The translations under genes and the position numbers were made by a program. Of a stretch of 64,000 nucleotides of DNA, positions 39,001 to 52,537 are shown piece by piece. A model generated the notes under the pieces. The model saw only the letters and a list, made by a program, of their open reading frames with translations. It searched no databases and was not told the origin of the DNA. The stretch lies in NCBI GenBank assembly GCA_032718475.1, contig JAUCBJ010003580.1, positions 24,027 through 88,026 of the forward strand. Direction: 5' to 3'. Positions within the stretch are counted from its first letter, which is position 1; each line of letters begins with the position of its first letter. Origin of the DNA: Nemertoderma westbladi (Eukaryota; Animalia; Xenacoelomorpha).

Positions 39001-41041
39001 CATATATGCCAGGTGTCTAGTACATATATGCCAGGTTTCTAGTGCATATATGCCAGGTTTCTAGTACATATATGCCAGGTTTCTAGTACATATATGCCAG
39101 TTTTCTAGTACATATATGCCAGGTTTCTATTACATATATGCCAGGTTTCTAGTACATATATGCCAGGTTTCTAGTACATATATGCCAGGTTTCTAGTACA
39201 TATATGCCAGTTTTCTAGTACATATATGCCAGGTTTCTAGTACATATATACCAGGTTTCTAGTACATATATGCCAGTTTTCTAGTACATATGCCAGGTTT
39301 CTAGTACATATATGCCAGTTTTCTAGTACATATACGCCAGGTTTCTAGTACATATATGCCAGGTGTCTAGTACATATATGCCAGATTTCTAGTACATATA
39401 TTCCAGGTTTCTAGTACATATACGCCAGGTTTCTAGTACATATATGCCAGGTTTCTAGTACATATATGCCAGGTTTCTAGTACATATATGCCAGGTTTCT
39501 AGTACATATATGCCAGTTTTATAGTACATATGCCAGGGTTCTAGTACATATGCCAGGTTTCTAGTACATATATGCCAGTTTTCTAGTACATATATGCCAG
39601 GTTTCTAGTACATATATACCAGGTTTCTAGTACATATATGCCAGTTTTCTAGTACATATGCCATGTTTCTAGTACATATATGCCAGTTTTCTAGTACATA
39701 TGCCAGGGTTCTAGTACATATATGCCAGGTTTCTAGTACATATATGCCAGGTTTCTAGTATATATATGCCAGGTGTCTAGTACATATATGCCAGTTTTCT
39801 AGTACATATGCCAGGTTTCTAGTACATATATGCCAGTTTTCTAGTACATATATGCCAGGTTTCTAGTACATATATACCAGGTTTCTAGTACATATATGCC
39901 AGTTTTCTAGTACATATGCCAGGTTTCTAGTACATATATGCCAGTTTTCTAGTACATATACGCCAGGTTTCTAGTACATATATGCCAGGTGTCTAGTACA
40001 TATAGGCCTAGTTTTCTAGTACATATGCCAGGTTTCTAGTACATATATGCCAGTTTTCTAGTACATATACGCCAGGTTTCTAGTACATATATGCCAGGTG
40101 TCTAGTACATATATGCCAGGTTTCTAGTGCATATATGCCAGGTTTCTAGTACATATATGCCAGGTTTCTAGTACATATATGCCAGTTTTCTAGTACATAT
40201 ATGCCAGGTTTCTATTACATATATGCCAGGTTTCTAGTACATATATGCCAGGTTTCTAGTACATATATGCCAGGTTTCTAGTACATATGCCAGGTTTCTA
40301 GTACATATATGCCAGGTTTCTAGTACATATATGCCAGGTGTCTAGTACATATTGGCCTAGTTTTCTAGTACATATATGCCAGGTTTCTAGTACATATATG
40401 CCAGTTTTCTAGTACATATATGCCCGGTTTCTATTACATATATGCCAGGTTTCTAGTACATATATGCCAGGTTTCTAGTACATATGCCAAGTTTCTAGTA
40501 CATATATGCCAGGTTTCTAGTACATATATGCCAGGTGTCTAGTACATATAGGCCTAGTTTTCTAGTACATATATGCCAGGTTTCTAGTACATATATGCCA
40601 GTTTTCTAGTACATATATGCCAGATTTCTAGTACATATATGCCAGGTTTCTAGTACATATATGCCAGGTTTCTAGTACATATATACCAGGTTTCTAGTAC
40701 ATATATGCCAGTTTTCTAGTGCATATATGCCAGGTTTCTAGTACATATATGCCAGGTTTCTAGTACATATATGCCAGATTTCTAGTACGTATATGCCAGG
40801 TTTCTAGTACATATATGCCAGGTTTCTAGTACATATATACCAGGTTTCTAGTACATATATGCCAGGTTTCTAGTACATATATGCCAGGTTTCTAGTACAT
40901 ATATGCCAGGTTTCTAGTACATATATGCCAGGTTTCTAGTACATATATGCCAGGTTTCTAGTACATATATGCCAGGTTTCTAGTACATATATGCCAGGTT
41001 TCTAGTGCATATATGCCAGGTTTCTAGTACATATATGCCAG
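36061..41041. repeat. 22 bp (and 20 bp variant) satellite, ~230 copies
   Basis: Unit gccaggtttctagtacatatat, with variants such as gccagttttc, ggtgtc and cata-tg. Confidence 0.97.
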
Positions 41042-41530
41042 TATTTCGTATCGTATTTAGTCGTATCTTATTATTTTGTAAATATTGTATGCCCAGGGCA
41101 GGGGCGGGCGACGGGAAGTTCCGTTAGTGCTAACGGAACCGTTAACTATTGTGAGCGACACGAAACCTCCGTTAAATTAAAATCGAGGAAACCGTGAAAG
41201 GTTTTCACTTTCAGATATTTCGTCCTCTAGCGGCAGCCTGGAGAACTGCAGACGGATTAGCCTCCTTTGAATGACACAGTTAAATGGTCTAGTACAAATC
41301 TGCCAAGTTTTCAGCTTAAACGGAATTAAAATTAAAGAAATGGGAGGACTTATATTGTTTAGAAATGTAGCCATCTATCGGGAGCCTGTTGAACTGATAG
41401 TTTTTGAAAGTCTCTATAAAAATATAAACTTTTGGTCTTATTGATATCTACAAATTTTCAACTTGTCAGTTACTAGCATGTTAGAATTGTAACGACGACG
41501 ATTACTACAACAACGATTTGCAAAAATTGA

Positions 41531-44500
41531 CCCACCCCCTAATACCCTAACAGTGTCAGTTCGCTAAGGCTCTGCGCGTTGCTCGCCCACCCCCTAATAC
41601 CCTAACAGTGTCAGTTCGCTAAGGCTCTGCGCGTTGCTCGCCCACCCCCTAATACCCTAACAGTGTCAGTTCGCTAAGGCTCTGTGCGTTGCTCGCCCAC
41701 CCCCTAATACCCTAACAGTGTCAGTTCGCTAAGGCTCTGCGCGTTGCTCGCCCACCCCCTAATACCCTAACAGTGTCAGTTCGCTAAGGCTCTGCGCGTT
41801 GCTCGCCCACCCCCTAATACCCTAACAGTGTCAGTTTGCTAAGGCTCTGCGCGTTGCTCGCCCACCCCCTAATACCCTAACAGTGTCAGTTCGCTAAGGC
41901 TCTGCGCGTTGCTCGCCCACCCCCTAATACCCTAACAGTGTCAGTTCGCTAAGGCTCTGCGCGTTGCTCGCCCACCCCCTAATACCCTAACAGTGTCAGT
42001 TCGCTAAGGCTCTGTGCGTTGCTCGCCCACCCCCTAATACCCTAACAGTGTCAGTTCGCTAAGGCTCTGCGCGTTGCTCGCCCACCCCCTAATACCCTAA
42101 CAGTGTCAGTTCGCTAAGGCTCTGTGCGTTGCTCGCCCACCCCCTAATACCCTAACAGTGTCAGTTCGCTAAGGCTCTGCGCGTTGCTCGCCCACCCCCT
42201 AATACCCTAACAGTGTCAGTTCGCTAAGGCTCTGTGCGTTGCTCGCCCACCCCCTAATACCCTAACAGTGTCAGTTCGCTAAGGCTCTGCGCGTTGCTCG
42301 CCCACCCCCTAATACCCTAACAGTGTCAGTTCGCTAAGGCTCTGCGCGTTGCTCGCCCACCCCCTAATACCCTAACAGTGTCAGTTCGCTAAGGCTCTGT
42401 GCGTTGCTCGCCCACCCCCTAATACCCTAACAGTGTCAGTTCGCTAAGGCTCTGCGCGTTGCTCGCCCACCCCCTAATACCCTAACAGTGTCAGTTCGCT
42501 AAGGCTCTGTGCGTTGCTCGCCCACCCCCTAATACCCTAACAGTGTCAGTTCGCTAAGGCTCTGCGCGTTGCTCGCCCACCCCCTAATACCCTAACAGTG
42601 TCAGTTCGCTAAGGCTCTGTGCGTTGCTCACCAACCCCCTAATACCCTAACAGTGTCAGTTCGCTAAGGCTCTGTGCGTTGCTCGCCCACCCCCTAATAC
42701 CCTAACAGTGTCAGTTCGCTAAGGCTCTGCGCGTTGCTCGCCCACCCCCTAATACCCTAACAGTGTCAGTTCGCTAAGGCTCTGCGCGTTGCTCACCAAC
42801 CCCCTAATACCCTAACAGTGTCAGTTCGCTAAGGCTCTTCGCGCTGCTCGCCCACCCCCTAATACCCTAACAGTGTCAGTTCGCTAAGGCTCTGCGCGTT
42901 GCTCGCCCACCCCCTAATACCCTAACAGTGTCAGTTCGCTAAGGCTCTGCGCGTTGCTCGCCCACCCCCTAATACCCTAACAGTGTCAGTTCGCTAAGGC
43001 TCTGCGCGTTGCTCGCCCACCCCCTAATACCCTAACAGTGTCAGTTCGCTAAGGCTCTGTGCATTGCTCGCCCACCCCCTAATACCCTAACAGTGTCAGT
43101 TCGCTAAGGCTCTGCGCGTTGCTCGCCCACCCCCTAATACCCTAACAGTGTCAGTTCGCTAAGGCTCTGCGCGTTGCTCACCAACCCCCTAATACCCTAA
43201 CAGTGTCAGTTCGCTAAGGCTCTTCGCGCTGCTCGCCCACCCCCTAATACCCTAACAGTGTCAGTTCGCTAAGGCTCTGCGCGTTGCTCGCCCACCCCCT
43301 AATACCCTAACAGTGTCAGTTCGCTAAGGCTCTGCGCGTTGCTCGCCCACCCCCTAATACCCTAACAGTGTCAGTTCGCTAAGGCTCTGCGCGTTGCTCG
43401 CCCACCCCCTAATACCCTAACAGTGTCAGTTCGCTAAGGCTCTGCGCGTTGCTCGCCCACCCCCTAATACCCTAACAGTGTCAGTTCGCTAAGGCTCTGC
43501 GCGTTGCTCGCCCACCCCCTAATACCCTAACAGTGTCAGTTCGCTAAGGCTCTGTGCGTTGCTCGCCCACCCCCTAATACCCTAACAGTGTCAGTTCGCT
43601 AAGGCTCTTCGCGCTGCTCGCCCACCCCCTAATACCCTAACAGTGTCAGTTCGCTAAGGCTCTGTGCGTTGCTCGCCCACCCCCTAATACCCTAACAGTG
43701 TCAGTTCGCTAAGGCTCTGCGCGTTGCTCGCCCACCCCCTAATACCCTAACAGTGTCAGTTCGCTAAGGCTCTGTGCGTTGCTCGCCCACCCCCTAATAC
43801 CCTAACAGTGTCAGTTTGCTAAGGCTCTGCGCGTTGCTCGCCCACCCCCTAATACCCTAACAGTGTCAGTTCGCTAAGGCTCTGCGCGTTGCTCGCCCAC
43901 CCCCTAATACCCTAACAGTGTCAGTTCGCTAAGGCTCTGTGCGTTGCTCGCCCACCCCCTAATACCCTAACAGTGTCAGTTCGCTAAGGCTCTGTGCGTT
44001 GCTCGCCCACCCCCTAATACCCTAACAGTGTCAGTTCGCTAAGGCTCTGCGCGTTGCTCACCAACCCCCTAATACCCTAACAGTGTCAGTTCGCTAAGGC
44101 TCTGCGCGTTGCTCACCAACCCCCTAATACCCTAACAGTGTCAGTTCGCTAAGGCTCTTCGCGCTGCTCGCCCACCCCCTAATACCCTAACAGTGTCAGT
44201 TCGCTAAGGCTCTTCGCGCTGCTCGCCCACCCCCTAATACCCTAACAGTGTCAGTTCGCTAAGGCTCTGCGCGTTGCTCACCAACCCCCTAATACCCTAA
44301 CAGTGTCAGTTCGCTAAGGCTCTGTGCGTTGCTCGCCCACCCCCTAATACCCTAACAGTGTCAGTTCGCTAAGGCTCTGCGCGTTGCTCGCCCACCCCCT
44401 AATACCCTAACAGTGTCAGTTCGCTAAGGCTCTTCGCGCTGCTCGCCCACCCCCTAATACCCTAACAGTGTCAGTTCGCTAAGGCTCTGCGCGTTGCTCA

Positions 44501-47500
44501 CCAACCCCCTAATACCCTAACAGTGTCAGTTCGCTAAGGCTCTGTGCGTTGCTCGCCCACCCCCTAATACCCTAACAGTGTCAGTTCGCTAAGGCTCTGC
44601 GCGTTGCTCGCCCACCCCCTAATACCCTAACAGTGTCAGTTCGCTAAGGCTCTGTGCGTTGCTCGCCCACCCCCTAATACCCTAACAGTGTCAGTTCGCT
44701 AAGGCTCTGTGCGTTGCTCGCCCACCCCCTAATACCCTAACAGTGTCAGTTCGCTAAGGCTCTGTGCGTTGCTCGCCCACCCCCTAATACCCTAACAGTG
44801 TCAGTTCGCTAAGGCTCTGTGCGTTGCTCGCCCACCCCCTAATACCCTAACAGTGTCAGTTCGCTAAGGCTCTGCGCGTTGCTCACCAACCCCCTAATAC
44901 CCTAACAGTGTCAGTTCGCTAAGGCTCTTCGCGCTGCTCGCCCACCCCCTAATACCCTAACAGTGTCAGTTCGCTAAGGCTCTTCGCGCTGCTCGCCCAC
45001 CCCCTAATACCCTAACAGTGTCAGTTCGCTAAGGCTCTTCGCGCTGCTCGCCCACCCCCTAATACCCTAACAGTGTCAGTTCGCTAAGGCTCTGCGCGTT
45101 GCTCGCCCACCCCCTAATACCCTAACAGTGTCAGTTCGCTAAGGCTGTTCAGGCTAACTCCTCCAACTACACCCTCTCGAGACGTGCCGTCCACGACTTC
45201 GCCCTCGGGAAACGCGTAGGAGGAGAGAAACATCATCGCAATCCTTTTACTAATTGTTGCCTTATAAATGCAAGGTCAATAAAGTCAAAACTTTCTGACC
45301 TTGAACAGCTGCAACGTTGTGACGGTTACGAAATAATTGCTATAACTGAATCGTGGCTTACTGATGATGTGTGCGACAAGATGATTAATTGTGAAGACAA
45401 CTTTCGTGTTTTTCGGTGTGATCGCGGTTCTCTAGGCGGGGGCGTTGCTATCCTGATTCGCAAGGACATCAAGTGTGTCCAGGTCAATTTGCCCCCCAAT
45501 TTCGTTGATAAGGTCGAACTGGTCGCGCTTGACTTTGTGGGAGCTTCCCCTAGCCGTTTTATTTGTGTTTACCGGTCAAATAATCCTAATCGAGCATCGT
45601 TAGAACTTGATAAACTTCTCTCTGATTGCCTTGCCTTTCTGTGTAATACTTCGCAACCTTGTACTGTTGTTGGCGACTTTAACTTGCCAGACATTGATTG
45701 GGAAAATATGTCACATCCAGATAATGCTACTTACAATTTATTTTCTGAATGTTTTTTAGATAACAGTCTGAAACAGGTAATAATATCTTAGATCTTGTAT
45801 TTTGTACTGAGGATATTTTTATTTCAAGTATTGATGTTACTGAACCGTTTGCTACTAGCGACCACAGTACTGTTGTTTTTAATATTTTATCATCTAATCG
45901 TATTGATTCCACATCCGATGTTGGTTTTTATGATTTTAAACAAGGGAATTATGAAGGTTTTTCTGAATACTTAAATGACACTAACTGGAATTTATTATTT
46001 GAAAATTGTGTCTCTGTTAATGATTTTTGGGATGGGTTTGGTGCAATCATTAGTAATGGTATTAAGAAATTTATACCTTTTAATGTTTGTAAAAGTAAGA
46101 AGAATAACGTTTTCCCTGAGTTTGTAAGATTATTGCAACGTAAAAAGAAACATCTTTGGCGGCGACGCCACACTGTCAATGGTGAAAAGGAGTACAAAAA
46201 ATGTGCTAAAGCGGCCTCGCGTGCTACCTTTAGAGCTGCTTGCATTAGGGAAAACCGCATTCTTTCATCTGGTAATTTAAGTGACATTTTTAGTTACATA
46301 AACAATAAACGTAATCTTAAATCAGGAATTTCCCCATTCAAATACAAAGGTGCTACAGTCGTTGATGACTTGGAGAAAGCTAATATTCTTTCCCAAGTTT
46401 TCGCCGAAAACTTTACAGTAGATAATGGGAATACTCCCATGTTTGCAAGGCGAGCCCCATTAAATGCCAATAAGTCTACTATCGATTTTTCTCCAGTAAA
46501 TGTATTTGCTATGCTAAATAAAATTGGTGCCAAAACAAGTCGAACGCCAGACAATTTTCCTAGCTTTTTGTATTCAAAACTTGCATCGTGTCTTGCTGCC
46601 CCATTATCGGTTATTTTTCAGGTTTCTTTCATCAGCCATGCTTTACCTACTATTTGGTTGACAGCATATGTTGTACCTGTGTATAAGAAAAATGATGCTT
46701 CCGACCCTTATAATTACAGGCCTGTTTCACTTACTTGCATAGCATGTAAAGTAATGGAATTGTGCATTAAAGATGAATTGTTATCGTATTTATATTTGCA
46801 CAAACTTATAAACAAGGCACAGCATGGTTTCCTGAAAAAACGTTCGACCTGTACCCAACTATTGAACTGTGTTAATGAATGGTGCAATTTACTAGATAAA
46901 AGAAAGAGTATAGATGTAGTGTATATTGATTTCTCTAAGGCTTTTGATTCGGTGGTGCACAGTAAACTTATCGCTAAATTAGCCAGTTATGGGATTTCTG
47001 GGAATCTTATATTATGGTTCACAGCTTTTTTAACGAATCGAACTCAACAAGTTGTTGTGGTAATGCCTTTTCTACCGTATGTGACGTCATTTCGGGCACT
47101 CCTCAAGGAACAGTATTAGGGCCGATGTTGTTTATAATTTTTATTAACGACTTACCAGATGTGGTGCATTTTGTGACGTGTAATTTGTTCGCTGATGATG
47201 TTAAGTTGCATTCAGTAGTCACCGACTGTACTAATTTAATTCGTGCTCTACATATTTTGGAATCTTGGGCTGATACTTGGCAATTGAAAGTTGCAGCTCA
47301 TAAGTGCCATGTGCTTCAAATAGGAACATACGGCCGAGATAATGGTGCTATTACTTACCAGTTGTGCGGTAGTATTTTGAAACTGAATGCATCGTGTAGG
47401 GACTTGGGAATTACCATGTGCAGTGACTTAAATTTTAACCTATATTGTCGTGAACAAGTTTCCAAGGCGTTCAAGATTGTAAATATTATTTTCAGATGCT

Positions 47501-50026
47501 TCTGTACAAATAATTCTCGTGCCTTTCTCACTGCTTTTAAATCCTATGTACGACCTTTATTAGAATATTGCACCTCTGTTTGGTCGCCCTATCATGTTGG
47601 AGCAATTGATCTCCTTGAGCGTGTACAAAGATATTTTACGCGCCGACTTTTTCGACGGTGCAATTTGGAACCTGTAGGTTATTTAGATAGGATTAGGATA
47701 TTAAAACTACAACCTCTCGAAGTGCGCCGTGTTATTTTTGACTTAAAAATGGCACATTCTATAGTTTACAGTAATATCGACTTAAATTTGAACGATTTCT
47801 TCACTATTGCGCCGAGAGCTGGACTTAGAGGTCACGAGCTTAAACTCTACCATAAACAGTCGAGGCTTCTAATGTGCAAGAATAATTTTGCCCACCGAGT
47901 AGTTCCAATTTGGAACTGGCTCCCATCGGAAACTGTCAATACTGAAAGTAAATTTTTATTTTCCAAAAAGCTTAAAGACCTTGACCTGCTATCTTTTTGT
48001 AAATTTAATAGAAATATGTAAACATGCGCATATTTTTATTTTTTTTTTTTTTTATTATTTTTGTGAATCATAACAATCAATTTTTATTGTGAATATTTTA
48101 TTGCACATAGCTTACTGTTTACTGTACCCTTGTATTTATTTGATTTTATATTTTCAGCACTGCTTCTGTCTATTCTACTGCACCGTTTTATGCTTTTTTA
48201 TTTTGAATGTAAATAGGATATCTTTATTCACTGCACCAAATTTATTTATTATTTTTTTTTTATCAATTTTCAGAAATTCGTAGACTATGACATTGTTGCG
48301 TTAATTTTAATTTTATTTTGTAGAATATATTTCTGTATTTTTGTGTAATTTTAGAGCCTGCTCGGGCAACCATAAGTGTTTAATTTTAATAACCTGGTTG
48401 TTTTCTCTCCTCATGTACTTTTAATTTAATTTTTATAAATACATAGAGTGATAATAATAATAATAAAAGGCTCTGTACGTTGCTCGCCCACCCCCTAATA
48501 CCCTAACAGTGTCAGTTCGCTAAGGCTCTGCGCGTTGCTCGCCCACCCCCTAATACCCTAACAGTGTCAGTTCGCTAAGGCTCTGCGCGTTGCTCGCCCA
48601 CCCCCTAATACCCTAACAGTGTCAGTTCGCTAAGGCTCTGTGCGTTGCTCGCCCACCCCCTAATACCCTAACAGTGTCAGTTCGCTAAGGCTCTGCGCGT
48701 TGCTCGCCCACCCCCTAATACCCTAACAGTGTCAGTTCGCTAAGGCTCTGCGCGTTGCTCGCCCACCCCCTAATACCCTAACAGTGTCAGTTCGCTAAGG
48801 CTCTGCGCGTTGCTCGCCCACCCCCTAATACCCTAACAGTGTCAGTTCGCTAAGGCTCTGTGCGTTGCTCGCCCACCCCCTAATACCCTAACAGTGTCAG
48901 TTCGCTAAGGCTCTGTGCGTTGCTCGCCCACCCCCTAATACCCTAACAGTGTCAGTTCGCTAAGGCTCTGTGCGTTGCTCGCCCACCCCCTAATACCCTA
49001 ACAGTGTCAGTTTGCTAAGGCTCTGCGCGTTGCTCGCCCACCCCCTAATACCCTAACAGTGTCAGTTCGCTAAGGCTCTGCGCGTTGCTCGCCCACCCCC
49101 TAATACCCTAACAGTGTCAGTTCGCTAAGGCTCTGCGCGTTGCTCGCCCACCCCCTAATACCCTAACAGTGTCAGTTCGCTAAGGCTCTGTGCGTTGCTC
49201 GCCCACCCCCTAATACCCTAACAGTGTCAGTTCGCTAAGGCTCTGCGCGTTGCTCGCCCACCCCCTAATACCCTAACAGTGTCAGTTCGCTAAGGCTCTG
49301 TGCGTTGCTCGCCCACCCCCTAATACCCTAACAGTGTCAGTTCGCTAAGGCTCTGCGCGTTGCTCACCAACCCCCTAATACCCTAACAGTGTCAGTTCGC
49401 TAAGGCTCTTCGCGCTGCTCGCCCACCCCCTAATACCCTAACAGTGTCAGTTCGCTAAGGCTCTGTGCGTTGCTCGCCCACCCCCTAATACCCTAACAGT
49501 GTCAGTTCGCTAAGGCTCTTCGCGCTGCTCGCCCACCCCCTAATACCCTAACAGTGTCAGTTCGCTAAGGCTCTGCGCGTTGCTCGCCCACCCCCTAATA
49601 CCCTAACAGTGTCAGTTCGCTAAGGCTCTGCGCGTTGCTCGCCCACCCCCTAATACCCTAACAGTGTCAGTTCGCTAAGGCTCTGCGCGTTGCTCGCCCA
49701 CCCCCTAATACCCTAACAGTGTCAGTTCGCTAAGGCTCTGCGCGTTGCTCGCCCACCCCCTAATACCCTAACAGTGTCAGTTCGCTAAGGCTCTGTGCGT
49801 TGCTCGCCCACCCCCTAATACCCTAACAGTGTCAGTTCGCTAAGGCTCTGTGCGTTGCTCGCCCACCCCCTAATACCCTAACAGTGTCAGTTCGCTAAGG
49901 CTCTGCGCGTTGCTCGCCCACCCCCTAATACCCTAACAGTGTCAGTTCGCTAAGGCTCTGTGCGTTGCTCGCCCACCCCCTAATACCCTAACAGTGTCAG
50001 TTCGCTAAGGCTCTGTGCGTTGCTCG
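41531..50026. repeat. 55 bp satellite (~65 + ~28 copies) split by a CR1-like LINE
   Basis: Unit cccaccccctaataccctaacagtgtcagttcgctaaggctctgcgcgttgctcg at 41531-45146 and 48467-50026. Confidence 0.97.
45147..48466 (+). mobile_element. 5'-truncated, disrupted CR1-group LINE (APE endonuclease plus RT)
   Basis: NARS, ITESWL, GGGVA and VGDFN (APE); NYRPVSLT, QHGF, DFSKAFDSV, PQGTVLGP, FADD and LEYCTSVWSP (CR1-type RT). It has a (TAA)n tail and the 6 bp TSD aaggct at 45141-45146 and 48467-48472. Frame breaks occur near 45780 and 47055. Confidence 0.93.
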
Positions 50027-50303
50027 CGCAGGGAGTGGCTCGTTCCACAAACCGTTACATAGTTGAAGAATAACTGCGGCGAAATTGGTGCAATATCGAC
50101 GGATATACTTATTCAAACGCTTGTAGGTGTACCTAAATAATGAAAGCAAAATGAGAATGCTAACTCACGCAGTAAAGAGAACCTAGGAAGGAGTAGAAAA
50201 GACTAGAGGGACAAGCGCAAAATCGCGCAAAGGTCCGCGTCTACTTGATGAACTGTCTCCTTGAATGGCTTACTACCAATCTTATACAACATAAAAACAT
50301 TCA

Positions 50304-50374
50304 CCGGAATGGGGAATTGAACACGGTACCTAGAGATTCAAAGTCCCACGCTCTGCCAACTGAGCTAGGGCTGG
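50304..50374 (-). other. Degenerate tRNA-like sequence (pol III A and B boxes), tRNA pseudogene or SINE head
   Basis: The minus strand reads ccagcccTAGCTCAGTTGGcagagcgtgggactttgaatctctaggtaccgtGTTCAATTCCcc. The acceptor and T stems pair poorly. Confidence 0.6.
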
Positions 50375-52537
50375 GGTAAAACAGACTGTAAACAAGGGGG
50401 GAAAAGAATTACGCGGAAAAATGACCAGAGAGGGAGGAAAAACGCAACAATGTATTTTTGAACCATACATATTTTTATTATAATTTTTATACATTTGTAA
50501 ATATTGAAACATCAATATTAATATTACAGTACAGTATACAGTATGAGAACATGTAGTATACATAATATAGAGCATTGTACATTATAGATTAACTTAAACA
50601 AATTTAACTTATTCAACTAATAATAAATAGGCCTTGCGAAATCATCTTACACGTTTAGTAAAGTCATTCAGCTCCTCTTAGTGTCGTTATATTGTTCCAA
50701 AATTGATTTATTATTAATGTAAGGACACCACATATGGCAGATTGCATATGGGTCGTGTTATAGTAGGTCATGGTCGTGTCCCCTCAAAATATATTTTTAT
50801 GAACGAATCCGTCAGGTATTTTATTGAAGTTTGCAATGTATTTATAGCAGTTAGGGCATCTTCGTTTGTCTCTTATTGGCTCTCATCTATACCTCAAGGC
50901 AATAAGCTGTAGTCATTTGGGAGCAGCCTATTATATCTAATAATATAATACCACCAACCTCAACTATTGGATCTATTTTACTAAAATATCTTTAGTAAAC
51001 AATTATCCTTTACGTCTAGCTATCAACGTATCTACCCTTAAGACAAGGCTATGTTAATCTCAAAGATCCATTAGTTTTCAGGGCCAACAATATGGATCTC
51101 TGTCCCCTCTGCTGCCCCGTGGCTAAAATACAGTACCCTTTTCGAAACACTTTAAACGTCACCTTCTAATAATATTAAAGTACACATTAATCAATCAATC
51201 AAACATAGATCTTACAAATTTTCCATAACCATTTCAATCCAATATTTTATATTTTATTTATTTCATAACTCGACTCATTAGTTTAGTTTTATATACCTGG
51301 AACAGCATCGGAACAACAGTGAAACTATAGAAATGTGCAGGTGATTAACGTAGAATAATTAATTATTTGTGTATTAACAGTAACAATCTCACACCTCACA
51401 ATTCACATAATAGTAATATCCCCTCCCCCCCTCCTTTTTTTCACGCACTCCCAGACAATACATTGGGCTATAATACTAGCCACGCCATTGTCCAAAGTAT
51501 TATTGTAACTTAACTTTTAATATTGTAATTATACAATATATTACTATATATGTGCAATGTGAGTATCGGATTACCAAATAACAATACATTTTAAACAATT
51601 GTCTTCTTTAGTCTAAAATTCGCAACTGTTCGGTGGTCCACCCACACGAGCAAGACCATGCACTACAGTACTACATATAGTACATGCACGCATGTGTTGC
51701 ACATGATGGGCGTACTTGACTGCGGGATTGCTGGAAATCCCCCCCCCCCCCCCCCCCCAATAAATGGCAGTCCTCCATTTGCTAATTCCCGTATCAAAAC
51801 ACGGTACTCGTGGATGCATTTGAAGTCATGACACATTATTGAAAGTTTATTAATTTACTCACAAGTATAGACAAATACTGTATATAATTTATTTGTCAAT
51901 ATAACACGATTAACGGATACTCGTTTAATTAAACGTAAACCTTTAATGAAATTTAAAAATTCCTCACTAATCCTTGCCTGTAATCAATAATTAATTACAA
52001 GTTTAGTTGTTTTGTTGGGTTAACTTAGGAGCCTATCCCAGTATATGATTTCCCATCTCCACAACCAAGGGAACTACTGTACTAGCTAGTTTAAAACTAT
52101 GTAAGCTATTTATAACATCCAATAGAAAGCCGGGTTTTTCCTACCATCCACCTAAGCAAGCTACTCTCGGGTATAACTTTTCGCCGTATCCGTATCCGTA
52201 TCCGTATGCATTTGCCGTATCCGTATGCACATACGCGTATGTGCATACGGTTCGCGAAAAGAATAACGGTTCTGATTCTGGTATCAGTGAGTATACTGGA
52301 AATAATGCAGTACCGGTAGGTACTTAGCACTGTAGCAGTCTGAGAGTCGATCTACCCGTTAATACACATAAATGGCATTATAATTCAATAATTAACATTC
52401 GCTATTCCTGTTGCCTGTATTCCAGCCAATCTTATACTGTTATACAGGGTAAGTAATTTACCCAACTTGAGGAACTACTTAAATATACCAGGGCTACCCA
52501 TACTGCATACCGGTACTGGTAACCTAAACAACCAACA

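Noticed and set aside
2204-50026. CRISPR-like arrays
   Set aside because: The units abut directly with no unique spacers, there are no cas genes, and the context is eukaryotic and intronic.
50304-50374. Functional tRNA gene (TTG anticodon-like loop)
   Set aside because: The acceptor and T stems do not pair properly, so it is treated as a pseudogene or SINE head.
51738-51758. Long poly-C run
   Set aside because: A simple homopolymer with no supporting context, and its length is unreliable.
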